A stretch of DNA of 64,000 bases, taken from Octopus vulgaris (Eukaryota). This document shows, in pieces, positions 26,543-40,909 of this stretch (the first letter of the stretch is position 1; each line of letters begins with the position of its first letter). Made by a program: the position numbers and the translations under genes. The DNA lies in NCBI GenBank assembly GCA_951406725.2, contig OX597815.1:123876001-123940000 (forward strand), in the 5' to 3' direction. The notes below the pieces were generated by a model. It was not told the DNA's origin, did no database searches, and saw only the letters and a program-made list of their open reading frames with translations.

Positions 26543-29500
26543 GGTCACATTTCGATTTTGAGTCATACCATCGTTTCTTTATTTTCTGCTAGGGACCTAC
26601 ACTCTTTTGCACAGATGTGGTAACGATGGGTGTCTCTTGCAGTAAACGTTCAGCGAGTTACTGCCTATACTGGCATGGGCCTTCATTCGGTCATTGAGTG
26701 TCTTGCCTTTTTCGAATATAGCCAATTACTTGCACTCTTTTCAGCTGAAATGATGTGTCTCATTCAAAGACATAATTCTGGCCGGGTGATCGAACCCATT
26801 ATGTAACGGTCATGAACCCGGGACTCTAACTGCTGGGTTATAGCCTGCTGGCTTGTTACCAAAATAATTAGAATAATGTTGATCAATGACTTATATTGTT
26901 TTTTTTTTATCCGCAAGTAACTGTATTTTTTTTATCTTAAGAATCCTCCCATCAAAATACATTATACATATACATATACATATGTATATGTATAATACAT
27001 ATATCAATTTAATCCATGCTTTGATCGTTCGATACTTTATTAATCTAGCCATTCGATTTCGATAAGGAAATCACAAAGAATATCATACACTAACCGCTAT
27101 CCACGCCAAAGTACCAGTGAAATAAATATATTTCTTTACTCCTTTTATTAGTTATATTCCCTTGTTCTGTTGATGTGTACAATAGACTCAGAATGACATG
27201 TCAACTCACTGGATTTGTGATCAAATTTTTATCCTACGTGATAGGGATAAGATACGCAAAGATGTGCAACAAAGAGAACTTAGTGAGATACTTACAGTAA
27301 ACAGTCGTGTGGATGTAAGACGAACAGTGTAACTGAAATAGCCATTACATCACGTTTTACCGAAACGAAATATTTTGTAGGTTTTTCAAGAGGATGGTTA
27401 CTGATCGACTAACCATGAACTGTGATCTCATTTCGGTGTAAAAATACTGTCTTAGTCATATATTACGAACTACTATTAATAAACAAGAAAAAGAGAAACT
27501 AGAGTTTGGTAGTGTTCTAGTGAGTAATACCGTGAAATGGTTATAGAATCCTCACTCAAATAAATTCATTTATTTTATATCATTGCTTGACTAAAACATT
27601 TTCTTGTTAAAGTTATAAGAAAAACGTGACACATATGTGTAATGCAGAAAAATACTTTCAAAATATACGAATATATTAGAAATTCGAGTAACCAGTTTAC
27701 ATTAATTGAAGGGTCTTATCATCTAGTTTAGATTTATAAATAATAGAAAGTGAAGATTCATTTATAGAAAGGTTAAGTTTTATTCTACATCGGTTTCACT
27801 TACCTCCGGAGAAAATCTTATCAGTATTCAAAATAGTCCCTAAAATGAACATGATTTGTAAGTAACGATTAAAAAAAAAAGCAGATAAACACAAGGCTTT
27901 AAATCTATAGGGATGTGTGTGAGATTTGTGACATACATGCTTTTGCACGTAAGTGAAGTAAAATGATTACAACTAAGAATTAAGCCGAGTACTGGCTTCA
28001 TATTCATTTCAAGTGCCATTGCACAAAATGTATTTTACACATTATACTTTAGATGTTATGATGAAAGAAAACTCTGAAAGGAAGCACTTCTTGAAGATAC
28101 CATTAAAAAGTGTGTGCTATAACAGCGCATATGACTTTGGCTGTGTCATGTGGGACGTATGACTGATACATAAAATACAAGCGGGGGGTTGTACAAACAC
28201 CGGTTTTAACACAAGCAAATAAATAAATGAAACAAAAAAATGAATACATTGCTAGCAGTACTACAGTAACTTGTAAATTTTCGCAGGATTGCTTTTTATA
28301 ATTTCACTTATCATCAATTAAACTATATGTCCCCATGGTCGTTGGTTCAATTTCTGGACCGGTGGCGTATTCAGTCCATATGCAAAGCACATCATCCTCA
28401 AATATTCTACTGGGTAACGGGTAGGAAAAGTAAAAAATTTCCTGTGTCTGTTCACAACTACGTAGGCATTTAAAGCATCACTGGAAGAATGGTATTTACT
28501 ACCAACTTAGACTTGCTTGCGAGTGACGGCTATGTCCTTTTTGGTGTTTAGCTTTCTGGAGCTATTTATCACTAAATTTAACACTAAATTTATCCGTGGT
28601 GTATTTGTAACGTCTTAGTTACACATAAATAATATACTATCCATCTTATTTGCAAATATTTTTTCTAATTGTATTATTATGTAATTTCAAGAAGTATGCG
28701 GAATTTATTTAATATGAATTATAAATTTGTGTTCATGTTTTACAGATCTAAAATGCTAGGGTTGAGGTTGGAGGTTCACATGTTTCTATTCAGATCAGGT
28801 TTCAAAGATATGTTTGTTTCGGCTCCATGGTGGTTTTGTGTTGTTATCGGCTTGGCGTTGTCACCAATGCAAAGGTCAAGAGATTACGATCAGAGGATCC
28901 ATCATTTGGAAGGTGGAGAACGAGATCAGAGAATTTGGATGACTTAAAAGCAAAACGTATAGAATTATTTACTAATCTTTTCCATATGGTGATACATGCC
29001 CTTGACAAAGTGTAATAGGCGGTCTAAAAAGTTTGTAAAATAAAAAAGAACCGACCGATAGAAACGGAATAGTTCATTAGCTGAAATGTCTCATAGAATA
29101 GATAGAGAAACATTATAAACACGTTATCTTACATGATTGTATGTGATTTAAAACTAGTCTTATAAGATTACAAATGTAAACAGTAAAGTAATTGAGAAAT
29201 AGAGAAAAATGAAAATAAATTAGCGTGATGAGTATCTAAGGATATGGCAGTAGAATCAATAGATGTGTTCAGTATTTAAAAGTTTTAGATTTATACAATT
29301 TGAACAATGAACAATATGTATAACAGAGACTCAAAAGCCGAGCCTCAGTATATTTGAGAAGAACCAATACATTGATCAAATTACGTCTATAAAATATTTT
29401 ATTAGAACTCCTTGAGTTATAAGACAGTTATAGCTTCTCAAATTATTTGCTTAAAGAGATGAATTTCTTTCTTCGTGTTGGATATTTTGTCACTACAAAA

Positions 29501-31454
29501 TGTCCATTTTGAAATGGTTTCAAGGATATTGTACTTCCAGATGGCATTTTTGAATGCTACTTGAATTTTATTGATCAAACACACGCACACACATACACAC
29601 ACATGCACACGCATACACACACACACACGCACACGCGCGCACACACACACAATACAGACAGACGCGTGCGCGCACACACAGAGAAGTGTGTGTGTGTGTG
29701 CATGTGTATAACGAAAGGGAATCACTGTTGCTGCCACCCCATCTACGCTTTCTCTTTCTTTCCCCCACTCTCTCACTGTGTTTAGAAAAGCAATTATTTT
29801 TTTTAACTATCTCTAGCTAATTTCTTAAAGTTCTTGAAATAGTGTTTGATTTCAAGTGAATGTCAACTTGATAGTATGTGAAAAAACAAAACAAAAAGCA
29901 AAAGCAAAAACAAATAAAAAACGAATGGTCAAGTTTATGAGATTTATAGGAGATATGGAGTTTTGGCTCAGTCTGCTAAAATGGCGTTACCTCAAATTCA
30001 TGTTTCAAATGCTGATTGTAAACATAAAGTATAGTTTTGCTATTGTATAATAAAAGAAAATACAAATTGAATTGAAACTCAAAATTTTGATTGAGAACAT
30101 CTAAAATTTTAAACGAATATCCATATATATACCAGCAAAGCTTGAGAATGATTCGGTATGATTTGTTTACAATTGATATTAATCGCATTGAAGATTTATC
30201 TAGAAAATTATGAAACGACTCGATATTGAAACTACTAGATCTGAACGGAAAACGCAATTGAAAAGTTTTTAAAATTAAGAGATATTTATATCAGAACAAT
30301 GAAGATTTAGCTTATTAAAATGTGAAATTTGCGAACGAAAACTTACACAACTTATTAATACCAAATTACTCAGACCAATTGAATTAACTTTTCTTCTTTC
30401 ATAGCATACTTATTAACTTCTTCACTTTTCAAGAGCAGAAGAAGTTTTAATACTTCTAATTTTGAAAGTTGTTGACATTTCTTCTGGTCTTTTAAGTAGA
30501 CAGAACTGAATTCAGAATAGCATTTACTACACAGACCTTGGTGTTTTGACGAATAGAAGATATTAACACTCCCACGCTAAAAGTCCAGGTGCGCTGGGCT
30601 TTTCACCGTGTTTTATTTGCTATTATTTAGCTGATGTTATCGTTCATAATTAATTAAAAAATATAATATCTTAGTCTCATTATCTTGTTACATTTTCTCT
30701 TTAACCAGCTTAAAGATAGGGAATGACGCAAGTCTTCTCTTGGAAGTGATGTAAGTGGCTACAGTTTATGCAAGTGTCCACACAATTTGAAAAGGTCGTA
30801 CTAACCTAGAGATATATCTCGCAATCAAATCCTTGACATGTCATTAATTGCCAGGATTTATCCATACCAGCAGAATGAAACCCAAGTTTGATTCCAGTGG
30901 TATCTGAACACACTTTAATACAGCAATGATTTAATTTCGAACATATCTTAGGAAAAATGCACATTAAAGTGTGCATAAGTCCAAAAATTTAACACACCAG
31001 GCTACATTGTATATGTAGTTATTTATACAAGACATTAATATTAATTCAGAACATCGTTGTATGAAATACTAGAATAAATTTAGCTAAGATCCATCGAATA
31101 AAACAAATCCATCGTCTAATATCTCCAAGTATAATGATTTCTTTTAATTAGGATTAAGTTAACATTTGCTTTTGTTAAGAGACGAGGTATACACCATTGT
31201 ATTTACATGAATAACTTCCATAAATAAACAAATTTATATTTATCTATTGAAAGTGTAAGGATTAAAGGCGAAGCAGATTTTGGAGAATTAGAATCAACAA
31301 CAGTTTGGTCCTGTTCAGTTATAATCAATTTTATCATTCTAACATACTCACACAAGAAATTACTCGCGAAACCAGGCATTATGATATGAAATTAAAAGCT
31401 TTCTTTAACTCTACTTAGCTTGTGGGATCATAACTGAAGATTTTGTCTGTTGTA

Positions 31455-31645
31455 CACTGGTTTCAAATTTTGACTCAAGGCCAGCAATCTAGGGGAGGGG
31501 GTATGTCGATGAAATCGACCCCAATACTCAGCCGGTACTTATTTTATCGACCTTGAAAGAATGAACGGTAAAGTCTACCTTGGCGAATGAAATGTTGCAA
31601 AGCATTTTGGCCGGCGTGTGAACACTTCTGCCAGCTCGCCGCCTT
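31455..31645 (-). mobile_element. tRNA-derived SINE (family A), internally deleted
   Basis: Ends ctgccagctcgccgcctta on the + strand; core homology present. Confidence 0.75.
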
Positions 31646-32269
31646 ATGTCGTACATTAAGGTATCAACATAGCAGACAGAGTTTAGGCTCTCTCTAAACC
31701 TAGAAACCCCAAGCATAAGAAAATACGTAATATGGTTCAATCTCGTCTGTTTTACCAGCAGTTTAGGCTACTCGCTCAGAGAAATGCGATAGTCTAATAA
31801 AAACAATTACAAGCCAGTTTTTTGCATGTGAACAATAAGTTGGAACATAATCATGTGTAAGTTATCGAGAGGAAAGTGAGTTAAATATCGGAATATAACT
31901 ATATGGGTGTGACAAGTGGTCAGTGGTTAATGAGACCATCCGTTTATGGAAAAGTTGGTTGGACAAAGCTGCATTGTAGAAATAACAAGATTACGGTAAA
32001 TTAAGCACGTAAATGTTTGGTTGGGATTGGCTGATAAGGATTGACACTGTTGAATAATTGGTTGACAAGGAATATTAGCATAGCATGATTGAGAATCAGA
32101 AATAAGTCTAGTCATTATTACCATAATTAGAAGCTAAGATAACTGGTTGATTGTGTCAGTAAGGTTCCTCAGTTCCGTGTAAAGTAAATTATTAATATGC
32201 CACAAAATGAAGTATTTCAGGTTTAGCATTTCTTCTCTGACAGAGAAGAATGTAGAGAAACTGACAAAC

Positions 32270-33051
32270 TTTTCCACTCTAAGCACAAGGCCCGAAATTT
32301 TGGGGGAGGGGGCCAGTCAATTACATCGACCCAGTATGCAACTGATACTTAATTTATCGATTCGAAAAGGATGAAAGTCAAAGTCGACCTCGGCGGAATT
32401 TGAACTCAGAACGTAAAAACAGATGAAATACCTATTTCTTTATTACCCACAAGGGGCTAAGCACAGAGAGGACAAACACGGACAGACAAACGGATTAAGT
32501 CGATTATATCGACCCCCGTGCGTAACTGGTACTTAATTTATCGATCCCGAAAGGATGAAAGTCAAAGTCGTCCTCGGCGGAATTTGAACCCAGAACGTAA
32601 AGACAGACGAAATACCTATTTCTTTACTACCCACAAGGGGCTAAGCACAGAGAGGACAAACAAGGACAGACAAACGGATTAAGTCGATTATATCGACCCC
32701 AGTACGTAACTGGTACTTAATTTATCGATCCCGAAAGGATGAAAGGCAAAGTCGACCTCGGCGGAATTTGAACTCAGAACGTAAAGACAGACGGAATACC
32801 GCTAAGCATTTTGCCCGGCGTGCTAACGTTTCTTATTTCTTTATCGCCAACAAGGGGACAAACAAGGACAGACAAACGGATTAAGTCGATCACATCGACC
32901 CCAGTGCGTAACTGGTACTTAATTTATCGATCCCAAAAGGATGAAAGGCAAAGTCGACCTCAGCGGAATTTGAACTCGGAACGTAAAGACAGACGAAATA
33001 CCGCTAAGAATTTCGCCCGGTGTGCTAACGTTTCTGCCAGCTCGCCACCTT
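32270..33051 (-). mobile_element. Head-to-tail array of four SINE units (about 184-bp period, one complete head)
   Basis: Near-identical units; junctions at 32431/2, 32615/6 and 32832/3. Confidence 0.9.
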
Positions 33052-35816
33052 AGAGAAGCCGACAAAATTGTTAGCACGTCGGACAAAATGATTAGTGCCG
33101 TTTCTTCAGGCCCTTTACATGCTGAGTCCAAATCCTACCGAGGTCAGCTTTGCTTTTATCCCCTCGGGGTTGATAAAGTAAAATACGAGTGAAATATTGG
33201 GTTTGATATAATCGACTTGTCCCTTCACCTCAAAATAATTAAGGGCCTTGAACTCTGACCGAACGGCAGTCAGGTCACTGTTAATGTTTTAATTCTGGAA
33301 ACCAGGCAACTAACCTTATGTGTCTTAGGGCTCGAGAGAAAAAAAAAATAACAAAAGAGTTTTTTTTTTCAGTACTCAAACTCATCTCACATTTGCTTTT
33401 ACTAGAATAGAATAAACAAACGAAAAGCTACGAAAGCCAGGAAAAGAATTAAAATAAAATAACTTGCGGATAAGAAAATAAAAACTAAAAGAAATTTATT
33501 GACTGGCAATAAATAAAACTAAGAGATGAAGTAATGTAATAACTATAGGAAATTTGACAAACAAAAATATTAATTTAAATATGTAAGCAAAATAAATAAA
33601 AATTTCTGGTTAGGAAAAGCAACCTAGAAGCTATATAAAAAGATCTATCTTTCAGTGGAATAATAATTAATTTAAGGTGGATAAAACTAGAAGATAGGCT
33701 TGTTGAAAATTTGTTCGATAGTCTTGAAACATCGATTTATTTGATATTTAGGTATTAATAACCTCTCTTCATCTTTCTGTGTCAAATTGAACTGGTATTA
33801 ATTTACTGTTCAATAGAAATGGCGTTAGTTAAGTGGATAGGAATTGAATGTCTAGTTTATGAAAACCACAACTTTGTTTTAAATATCTGAAGAAAGTCCT
33901 ATCCAAACTCTCCCACTGTACCTCATCTTTCTCAGATTCTCTTGCAAGCAACGTACTGGATAAGGTAACACTAGCCTTCATTTCTCAATAAATTGTTCAT
34001 GCGCAAGAAGAACCTCAATGCTATGCATACATAAATTCCATAGAGATCTCTAAAGGGCTTTTGCTGGAATACACAAACATAAAACTGCATCTAATTACAT
34101 TTTCAAACTTCTTTGCCATGGCTCGAAAATACATTGGCGACATTCATTAGAGAATTACTCACACATCTGGAACGGAACAGTTGCTATTCACGCACAGACT
34201 TTGGAATGCATAAAAATTAGGTATCCATCAGATTGACTGAAATTCATTCGTTCACACATTATATCCATTAGTCCACGTATGCAGTGTGACCCTTTACTAT
34301 TTCTTCTACCGTTAATAAAACAGTTTCGACACTTCTGAACTAACAAGCTGTTATACCAGCTAATGCACTCAATTCTCATCTTTCTACCATTTCGCCTCTA
34401 ACTTTCTAAAATTTTATGAAATACTGTCTTCTGTGACTTTCCACAACTATCTCCCTTTCGCATTTCCGATGAGACATCAACTTGTAGGAATCTATATCAG
34501 ATATCAACAGCATCGACTTCGCCAGTCTGGGAAGACCTGCAAAGGTTATAGGTATTGGCTGTGTTGTAATACGACGCTAATGGTTACGAGATCAATAAAA
34601 GTGATTACCTACTTGTAGGAACTACTGATTACATAAATTAGAAAACCTCTATCGATTTATCGCATCGAGAATGGCATCGACTGTAAGTGATACTAGTTGC
34701 CTAAATCCCATCAGTCCGTGCTATCCTGTCGTCATTACTTTGTAACGTCACTTAAATTTCGTCGGATTAGTTCACATTGCTACGAATGAATGTCATAAAG
34801 AAGTGATGATTGCTGTTGGAAACAGTAAATGCAAATATAACTTAGTAAGAAGTGTGTTTTTGATGATTGTTTCGGAGACCTATGTAGTTTCAAGTAGACG
34901 TAGACACTCGTTTGGCTTTCTCACTCATGTCCCCAGCAGAACATCCAGGGTATAACATCTGAGAGGAGAGAGGGCTGCATCAACTATCGCCTGATACTCA
35001 GTTTTAGCTGAGTAGACTGGAAAAACATTAAACGTGGTACCTTCCTCAAAGACAATACACCGCTCATCGAACCTATAACCTTAGCTTGTAAAATGAGTAC
35101 ACATAATTAGGCCACATCCTACTGTAAAAGTAAAAACAGATACAGCATTAAATAATGTTAAATGATGTAATTCTACACGCACTATGCCTCAATAAGGGTG
35201 GGATGGCCATGGCTAGAACATCTTCCGCAATGAATCCGCTCTTTCATGGCTAACGTCACACTGTAAACAACAAATTTGATTTATTGACACAGTTTGAACG
35301 AATAATCAACTTTATAGCATAATTTGTAAGTTAGAAGAGTTTGGGAAAAATATGCGAAAGTACTAAAATTGCTGCTGGCATGCAACAATTTTAGAACGCA
35401 TGCGTAATCGCCAAGAAGTTTCCTGTAAGGCAAACTTCGAAGGAGAAGGAATATCCCCAGCTGTCAAATGCTCGTTTATTTAAAGCCTTCAGCACGCGAC
35501 AGCCAACTGCCTTGACACGGTCAGATAGAATTACTTATATAATCGGATCTACTTACACGGCTAATGTAAACATCAGTATAAACTTCTGTAATTATAGTTG
35601 TTCTGGTTTCTACCTGTCTTTCATTCAGAGACATTATCTTCGTATGTAAGATAAGGAAGAAGTTCAAGCTCATATACGTAGTTATAAACACAGCATTTAG
35701 AGCGTAATGTTGCTAGCGAATACATTACTTTATTCATACAACGATTGAAGTCCACATACATACATACATACATACATACATACATACATACATACATACA
35801 TACATACATACATACA

Positions 35817-35848
<32 letters not shown>

Positions 35849-36105
35849 GATACACAGGCAGTCAGACACACATTGACACATATTTGAAATTGAAATTCAT
35901 GAATGCGTGCGTGTGTGTGTATGTGTGTGTGTGTGTGTATGTACCATATTTCGGGGCTTACAAGAGAATAATGTCATGTTCCAGAAAATTAACCTACGTC
36001 TTATATACACAAAGCCAGAGATTGGATTACAGGCAGGGTTGTTCAGAAAAAGGCCTGTCAAACCTGAAGTCTTATAGACTCTTACGCCTAATAAACCATC
36101 GTGTA

Positions 36106-36197
<92 letters not shown>

Positions 36198-36218
36198 AAT
36201 GAATCAATCAATGAATCA

Positions 36219-36285
<67 letters not shown>

Positions 36286-36319
36286 ACTATACACACGCAT
36301 CCCCTCATATAAATATGTG

Positions 36320-36980
36320 CGTATACCAACAAAAATGGGCCAAGAGAAATATCTCAGTAAAATCAGTAGCATGGACATATATAACAAAGAGAATAAAGGT
36401 ATAGCAAAGTATATACAAGATTTATTGAAATTATTCTACCTCCGAGAGAAGAATACACAAATGCTTTGTGGCAATTGTGACCAATTCCAAGTAAGAAAGT
36501 GAAATTATCTTACGAAGTATTCTCCGAAAATGATATGCTGTTAAAGAAAAGTCTGTCGATAGACTGAAGACGCAGCGAATAGCGTACATATCTCTCTACA
36601 TCAATAGGCGTCATCAGCACATCAGCACATCAGCACATCCTATTTTCAATCTCTTGTACAAGATCCTTAGATATACAATATAGAATAGGAAACATTTATG
36701 GCCTAGGCTAATTTGCATAATATAAATGAAAATGAACGAAGATGAATAACTTTGACTAGTCAGGGGCAATAATATGAACTAAAAAATTGTATAAAGCTAT
36801 AACAAATACCATACATGATAATATTTTCGTATATTCTAGGTATATTTTCCGTATTGGTACGTTAGGCTCGGAGAATTTTCGATGTTTGAGATTATTTTCC
36901 GTTCTCATTTTGAACTGATTGTAATTTCCAGAACGCAATTGTTTATTGTTCTCACGAAGAGGATTTCGATGAATCAAGAG
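36320..36980. mobile_element. Two Penelope GIY-YIG C-terminal remnants, tail-to-tail
   Basis: The + strand LREKNTQMLCGNCDQFQVRK and - strand LRENNKQLRSGNYNQFKMRTE..KHRKF are similar to each other and to the PLE endonuclease tail. A decayed hammerhead lies at 36560-36598. Confidence 0.5.
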
Positions 36981-36993
36981 CTTATGTGCTATA

Positions 36994-37029
<36 letters not shown>

Positions 37030-37031
<2 letters not shown>

Positions 37032-37850
37032 CTCAAATTGTGTGTCTGTGTGTGTATCTGTGTGTGTGTCTGTGTGTTTAACTTCCCGGACATCTCCTCC
37101 TAGCCAATAAATCGTAGAACCACAAAAAATGGGTCACTTAAAGTTTAGGCGAATGAAAATTGAACTGCGCTATTTCTGTTCCGAAATTCATCTCGCAAGT
37201 GCAAAAATCGATAATGTGTTTGTTTAGGCCTTATCCCATGCATTGAATAGTGAACTTTATTCAGTCAGCTGTTTGACGTGAACTGTGTTCACCATGCGTG
37301 CAAGCATGCCTAAATTGCATGAAAAATAAAAAATCAAGATATAAAAACGAATCGCCGTAAACATTGTAGAAATTCGGCAAAGAAATGAACTTTCGGGATG
37401 TAGCCTGGAGGGAATTTTCGTATTAATCGTTTGGACTTTGTGAACACATACCAATTGTTTTCATAACATTTTTAACGCTTTGAATTAAATGTGACCATTT
37501 TGCGTTGAGTCTGCAGTTTGAATCACTTTAACCAAATTGTAGCAGGCCGGAATTTTGATCATCACGATACATCGCCAGCGACTCCCTGAAATTCTCCCTG
37601 AAATCCCCGTTGAGAAATACTGATCTAAAAGAATAATTCAACAATGCAATTATTTGATCAACAAAAATTTATGAAACGCTTCTACGTACTTCCTATTGAG
37701 GTAATGGAACACATAAGCGCAAAAATAGAGGGTATTAAATGCTTGGTTTTAAAACCAAAATAATTGAATTTTGATTGAACTTCATCCAAGTTTAGCTTAA
37801 TTCGCGCGTGCATAGAACGCACGAGCGCACGAGCCGGGCAATACTGCTAG
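37030..37850 (+). mobile_element. Non-autonomous Helitron-like element
   Basis: 5' tgtgtc microsatellite; 3' GC-rich subterminal sequence ending CTAG followed by T; inserted in (TA)n. Confidence 0.6.
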
Positions 37851-38121
37851 TATATATATATATATATATTGACAAGGGACAAAAATCCCGAAACTAGTCC
37901 GAGCGTATCACTCAGGCTTGTGAGGAAGGGATGGCCTCCCTTTGCAAATACTTCAAGGGCACTGAAATGGTGTCTAAAGCCAGCTGGAGACGACGATCTC
38001 TTGGGGCTATAAAGCTACAGTAACATCCCCTCCCCTATGTGGTTAGCCATGTTAAGATGGCTTCTATACTTTACATTATCGAGCGATTACTGTTTCAATC
38101 TCATTCTGAGATTTAATAATG

Positions 38122-38177
<56 letters not shown>

Positions 38178-38286
38178 ATGTGTATGTATGTGTATGTATG
38201 TATATATATGTGTGTGTATGTATAAATATATATATATATATATATATACATGCGTGTGTATGTGTGTATATGTGTGCGTGCGTGCG

Positions 38287-38333
<47 letters not shown>

Positions 38334-39069
38334 ATTTGAAATTGAAACTTTGAAGTCCCTGTCAACTTATTCCATGTAAAAGTTAAAAGTTTAATAAACA
38401 CGGATTCGAACAAAAAATACTGAGTAATCCTTCAGTTTAATGTTAAATTGTTTTTTTTATAACTTTACATAAAAACAATGTATGTATGTATGTATGTATG
38501 TATGTATGTATGTATGTATGTATGTATGTATGTATGTATGTATGTATGTATGTATGTATCTATCTATCTATCTATCTAAGTGAGTGAGTATACTTGTATA
38601 AGTCTGCGTGACTGTGTTCATTCACTTCTCACAAGATATGTGTATTTGTTTGCGTGAGCATACCTTTGAGTGTATAAGGGGGCGGCGATAAAATATGTCA
38701 CAGATAGCCTACACTTAACTCTTAAAATATAACTAAGAGATGAGTAGACGTACATTAAGTAAATGCAAACAGTGTTGTAGACATAGTATAGTAATGGCTT
38801 ATGGCAGTAATAGACGTAAAATTTGTTGATGAGAGCGATTGTGAATGTAATACACTCACATACCTCACTGCTATCAATTAAAGGATCCATTTGTATAGTG
38901 ATGTATATTTACTTAGCTTCCGAGGATAAAACAATGACTTGCTTACCCTTCTAAATTCCTATACAAACGTTCAAAAAGTTGATGAGATCGTTTACAGTTT
39001 CCGAAATAGAGATGTTTACATGCCGATTTATTTTTACTCGATGATCGGACGAAAGTAACAATGCCACGA

Positions 39070-39570
39070 TAATGATGATGATAACGATGGCGATAATGAT
39101 TTATCATCATCATCGTCTTCAGCGATGTGGTCGTCGTCGTTGTCTTCATTGTCGATGTCCTCCTCATCATTTCCATTATCAATAATAACACCAACACTTC
39201 TGCGATCACCGTCATGGCCTCCTCCTCCTCCTCCCTCCTCATCTTCCTCCCTCTCCTCCTTCACCCTCCTCCTCCTTCACCCTCCTCCTCCTTCACCCTC
39301 CTCTTCCTCCTCCTCATCCCTCCTCCTCCACCTCCATCCGCCTCCTCCGCCTCCTCCGCCTCCTCCGCCTCCTCCGCCTCCTCCTCCTCCTCTTCCACCC
39401 CTCCTCCTCTTCCTCCTCCACGCGCCTCCCCCTCTTCCTCCTCCTCCTCAAGAAGAAGAAGAAGAAGAAGAGGAGGAGGAAGAAGAAGAAGAAGAAGAAG
39501 AAGAAGAAGAAGAAGAAGAAGAAGAAGAAGAAGAAGAAGAAGAAGAACAAGAACAACAACAACAACAATA
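39070..39570. repeat. Compound trinucleotide tract (ATC/GTC)-(CCT)n-(GAA)n-(CAA)n
   Basis: Read directly from the sequence. Confidence 0.95.
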
Positions 39571-39619
39571 ACGTCAACGGCAAAAACCAAACGACAACAG
39601 GGCTAATTATTTTCAAACT

Positions 39620-40420
39620 GTCAGAAAACCATTAATTTTGGAGAGTGTGTTGAGGATAGCGTTAATATCAGTAATGGGTTCAGAGTTTATTTTATCGATC
39701 CCAGAAAGAATAATGGGTAAAGTCAGACTTACCGAGATTTGAACCGAGAATTCAAAAGTGCATAAATACTAAATACTGCATCATATTGTGTCTTGTACTT
39801 ATCGATCAATTCTAACAACCATAAGTATTGATTTCGCACATTGCCATATATCTAATCTGGCACGAGAAATTAGTCGATTTAAATCAACCTCAGTATTTGG
39901 TAGGTATTATATTGTATGAACACTCGAAGGATGAATGCTAGAAATGATCTTGGAGAGATTTGAACTCAGAACAGAAGAGGACTTAAGTACAGCGAAGCAG
40001 TTTTTCTTATGCTTCAACGATATTGCTAATCTCTGATTTAGGCACAAGATCACAAATTTTGAAGGAAGGTGGTTAGTCAATGCCATCGACTCAAATACTC
40101 CAATAATAGTATTTTAATTTATCGATCTCGAAATGATAAAGGCAAAGTTGACTTCTTAACTCAGAATGTAAAAAGCCGTAAACAAATACTTCATGTAATT
40201 TTGTCCGACGTTCTATTGATTAAGTACAAGGTCTAGAAGTTGAACAAAGTTACTTGATTAAATAGAACACAGTATTTGATTGGTATTTTATTTTATCGGC
40301 CGTCGAAAAGCTGAATATCAAAGTCAACCTTGGCAGAGTTTGAACTCAGAACGTAAAGAGACCTAATTAAATACCGCAAGGCATTTTGTTCGACGATTTA
40401 ACTACACTAATAATCCGCAA
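39620..40420 (-). mobile_element. Cluster of about four old, diverged SINE copies in the same orientation
   Basis: Repeated tttatcga..aaag..tttgaactcagaa motifs near 39690, 39960, 40120 and 40340. Confidence 0.65.
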
Positions 40421-40909
40421 TCCTTAATGCAAATAAATGTTTATAAATTGAATATTAATAAAATGAATTGATTAAAAAGAACCAAGAACCAACTATATAA
40501 AGCTGGAATTCAGATTCCCGATTCAAATGTATTCAACATCTTATATTTTCAAAAGTGCCAATCCAGATTGGTGAATTAGCGACTCTGCGTTCCGACGCTA
40601 ACTCATATGATCTTTGTGGTGCTATGCTGTATCAGCCTTACCTTTCCCTTACACGTTATCGTTGGCGTGGCAACTGCTTGTCTTTCACACAATAACATTT
40701 GCAAGTATGCATTTTGGAGTGAACATACCAGGTGTAGAAACCCATAGTCTACCATAGCCGAAGGAAATAAGATACTTTAACAGAGATTCCCGTTATACCT
40801 TTGAATCATAGACTTATTTGGTACTTAGGGATTATTCAACTCCAGTCATCTTTTTATTTCTTTCAGATCTTGTTATATTCAGTAAGAGATACTTCTAATA
40901 TATATGTAT

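Noticed and set aside
28740-29050. Possible + strand exon or neuropeptide-like ORF with KR sites (28827-29015)
   Set aside because: No clear signal peptide or recognisable family; the motifs are compatible with chance.
32270-33051. CRISPR-like or satellite array
   Set aside because: The units are SINE bodies without unique spacers, in a eukaryotic context with no cas genes.
39125-39616. Pro/Glu-rich, Ser/Arg-rich and poly-Leu ORFs
   Set aside because: Open in several frames on both strands only because of trinucleotide repeats; no splice or domain support.
40867-40881. 15-nt + strand microexon-like pattern (tttcag..gtaaga)
   Set aside because: It is on the opposite strand to the only supported gene, with no partner exons.
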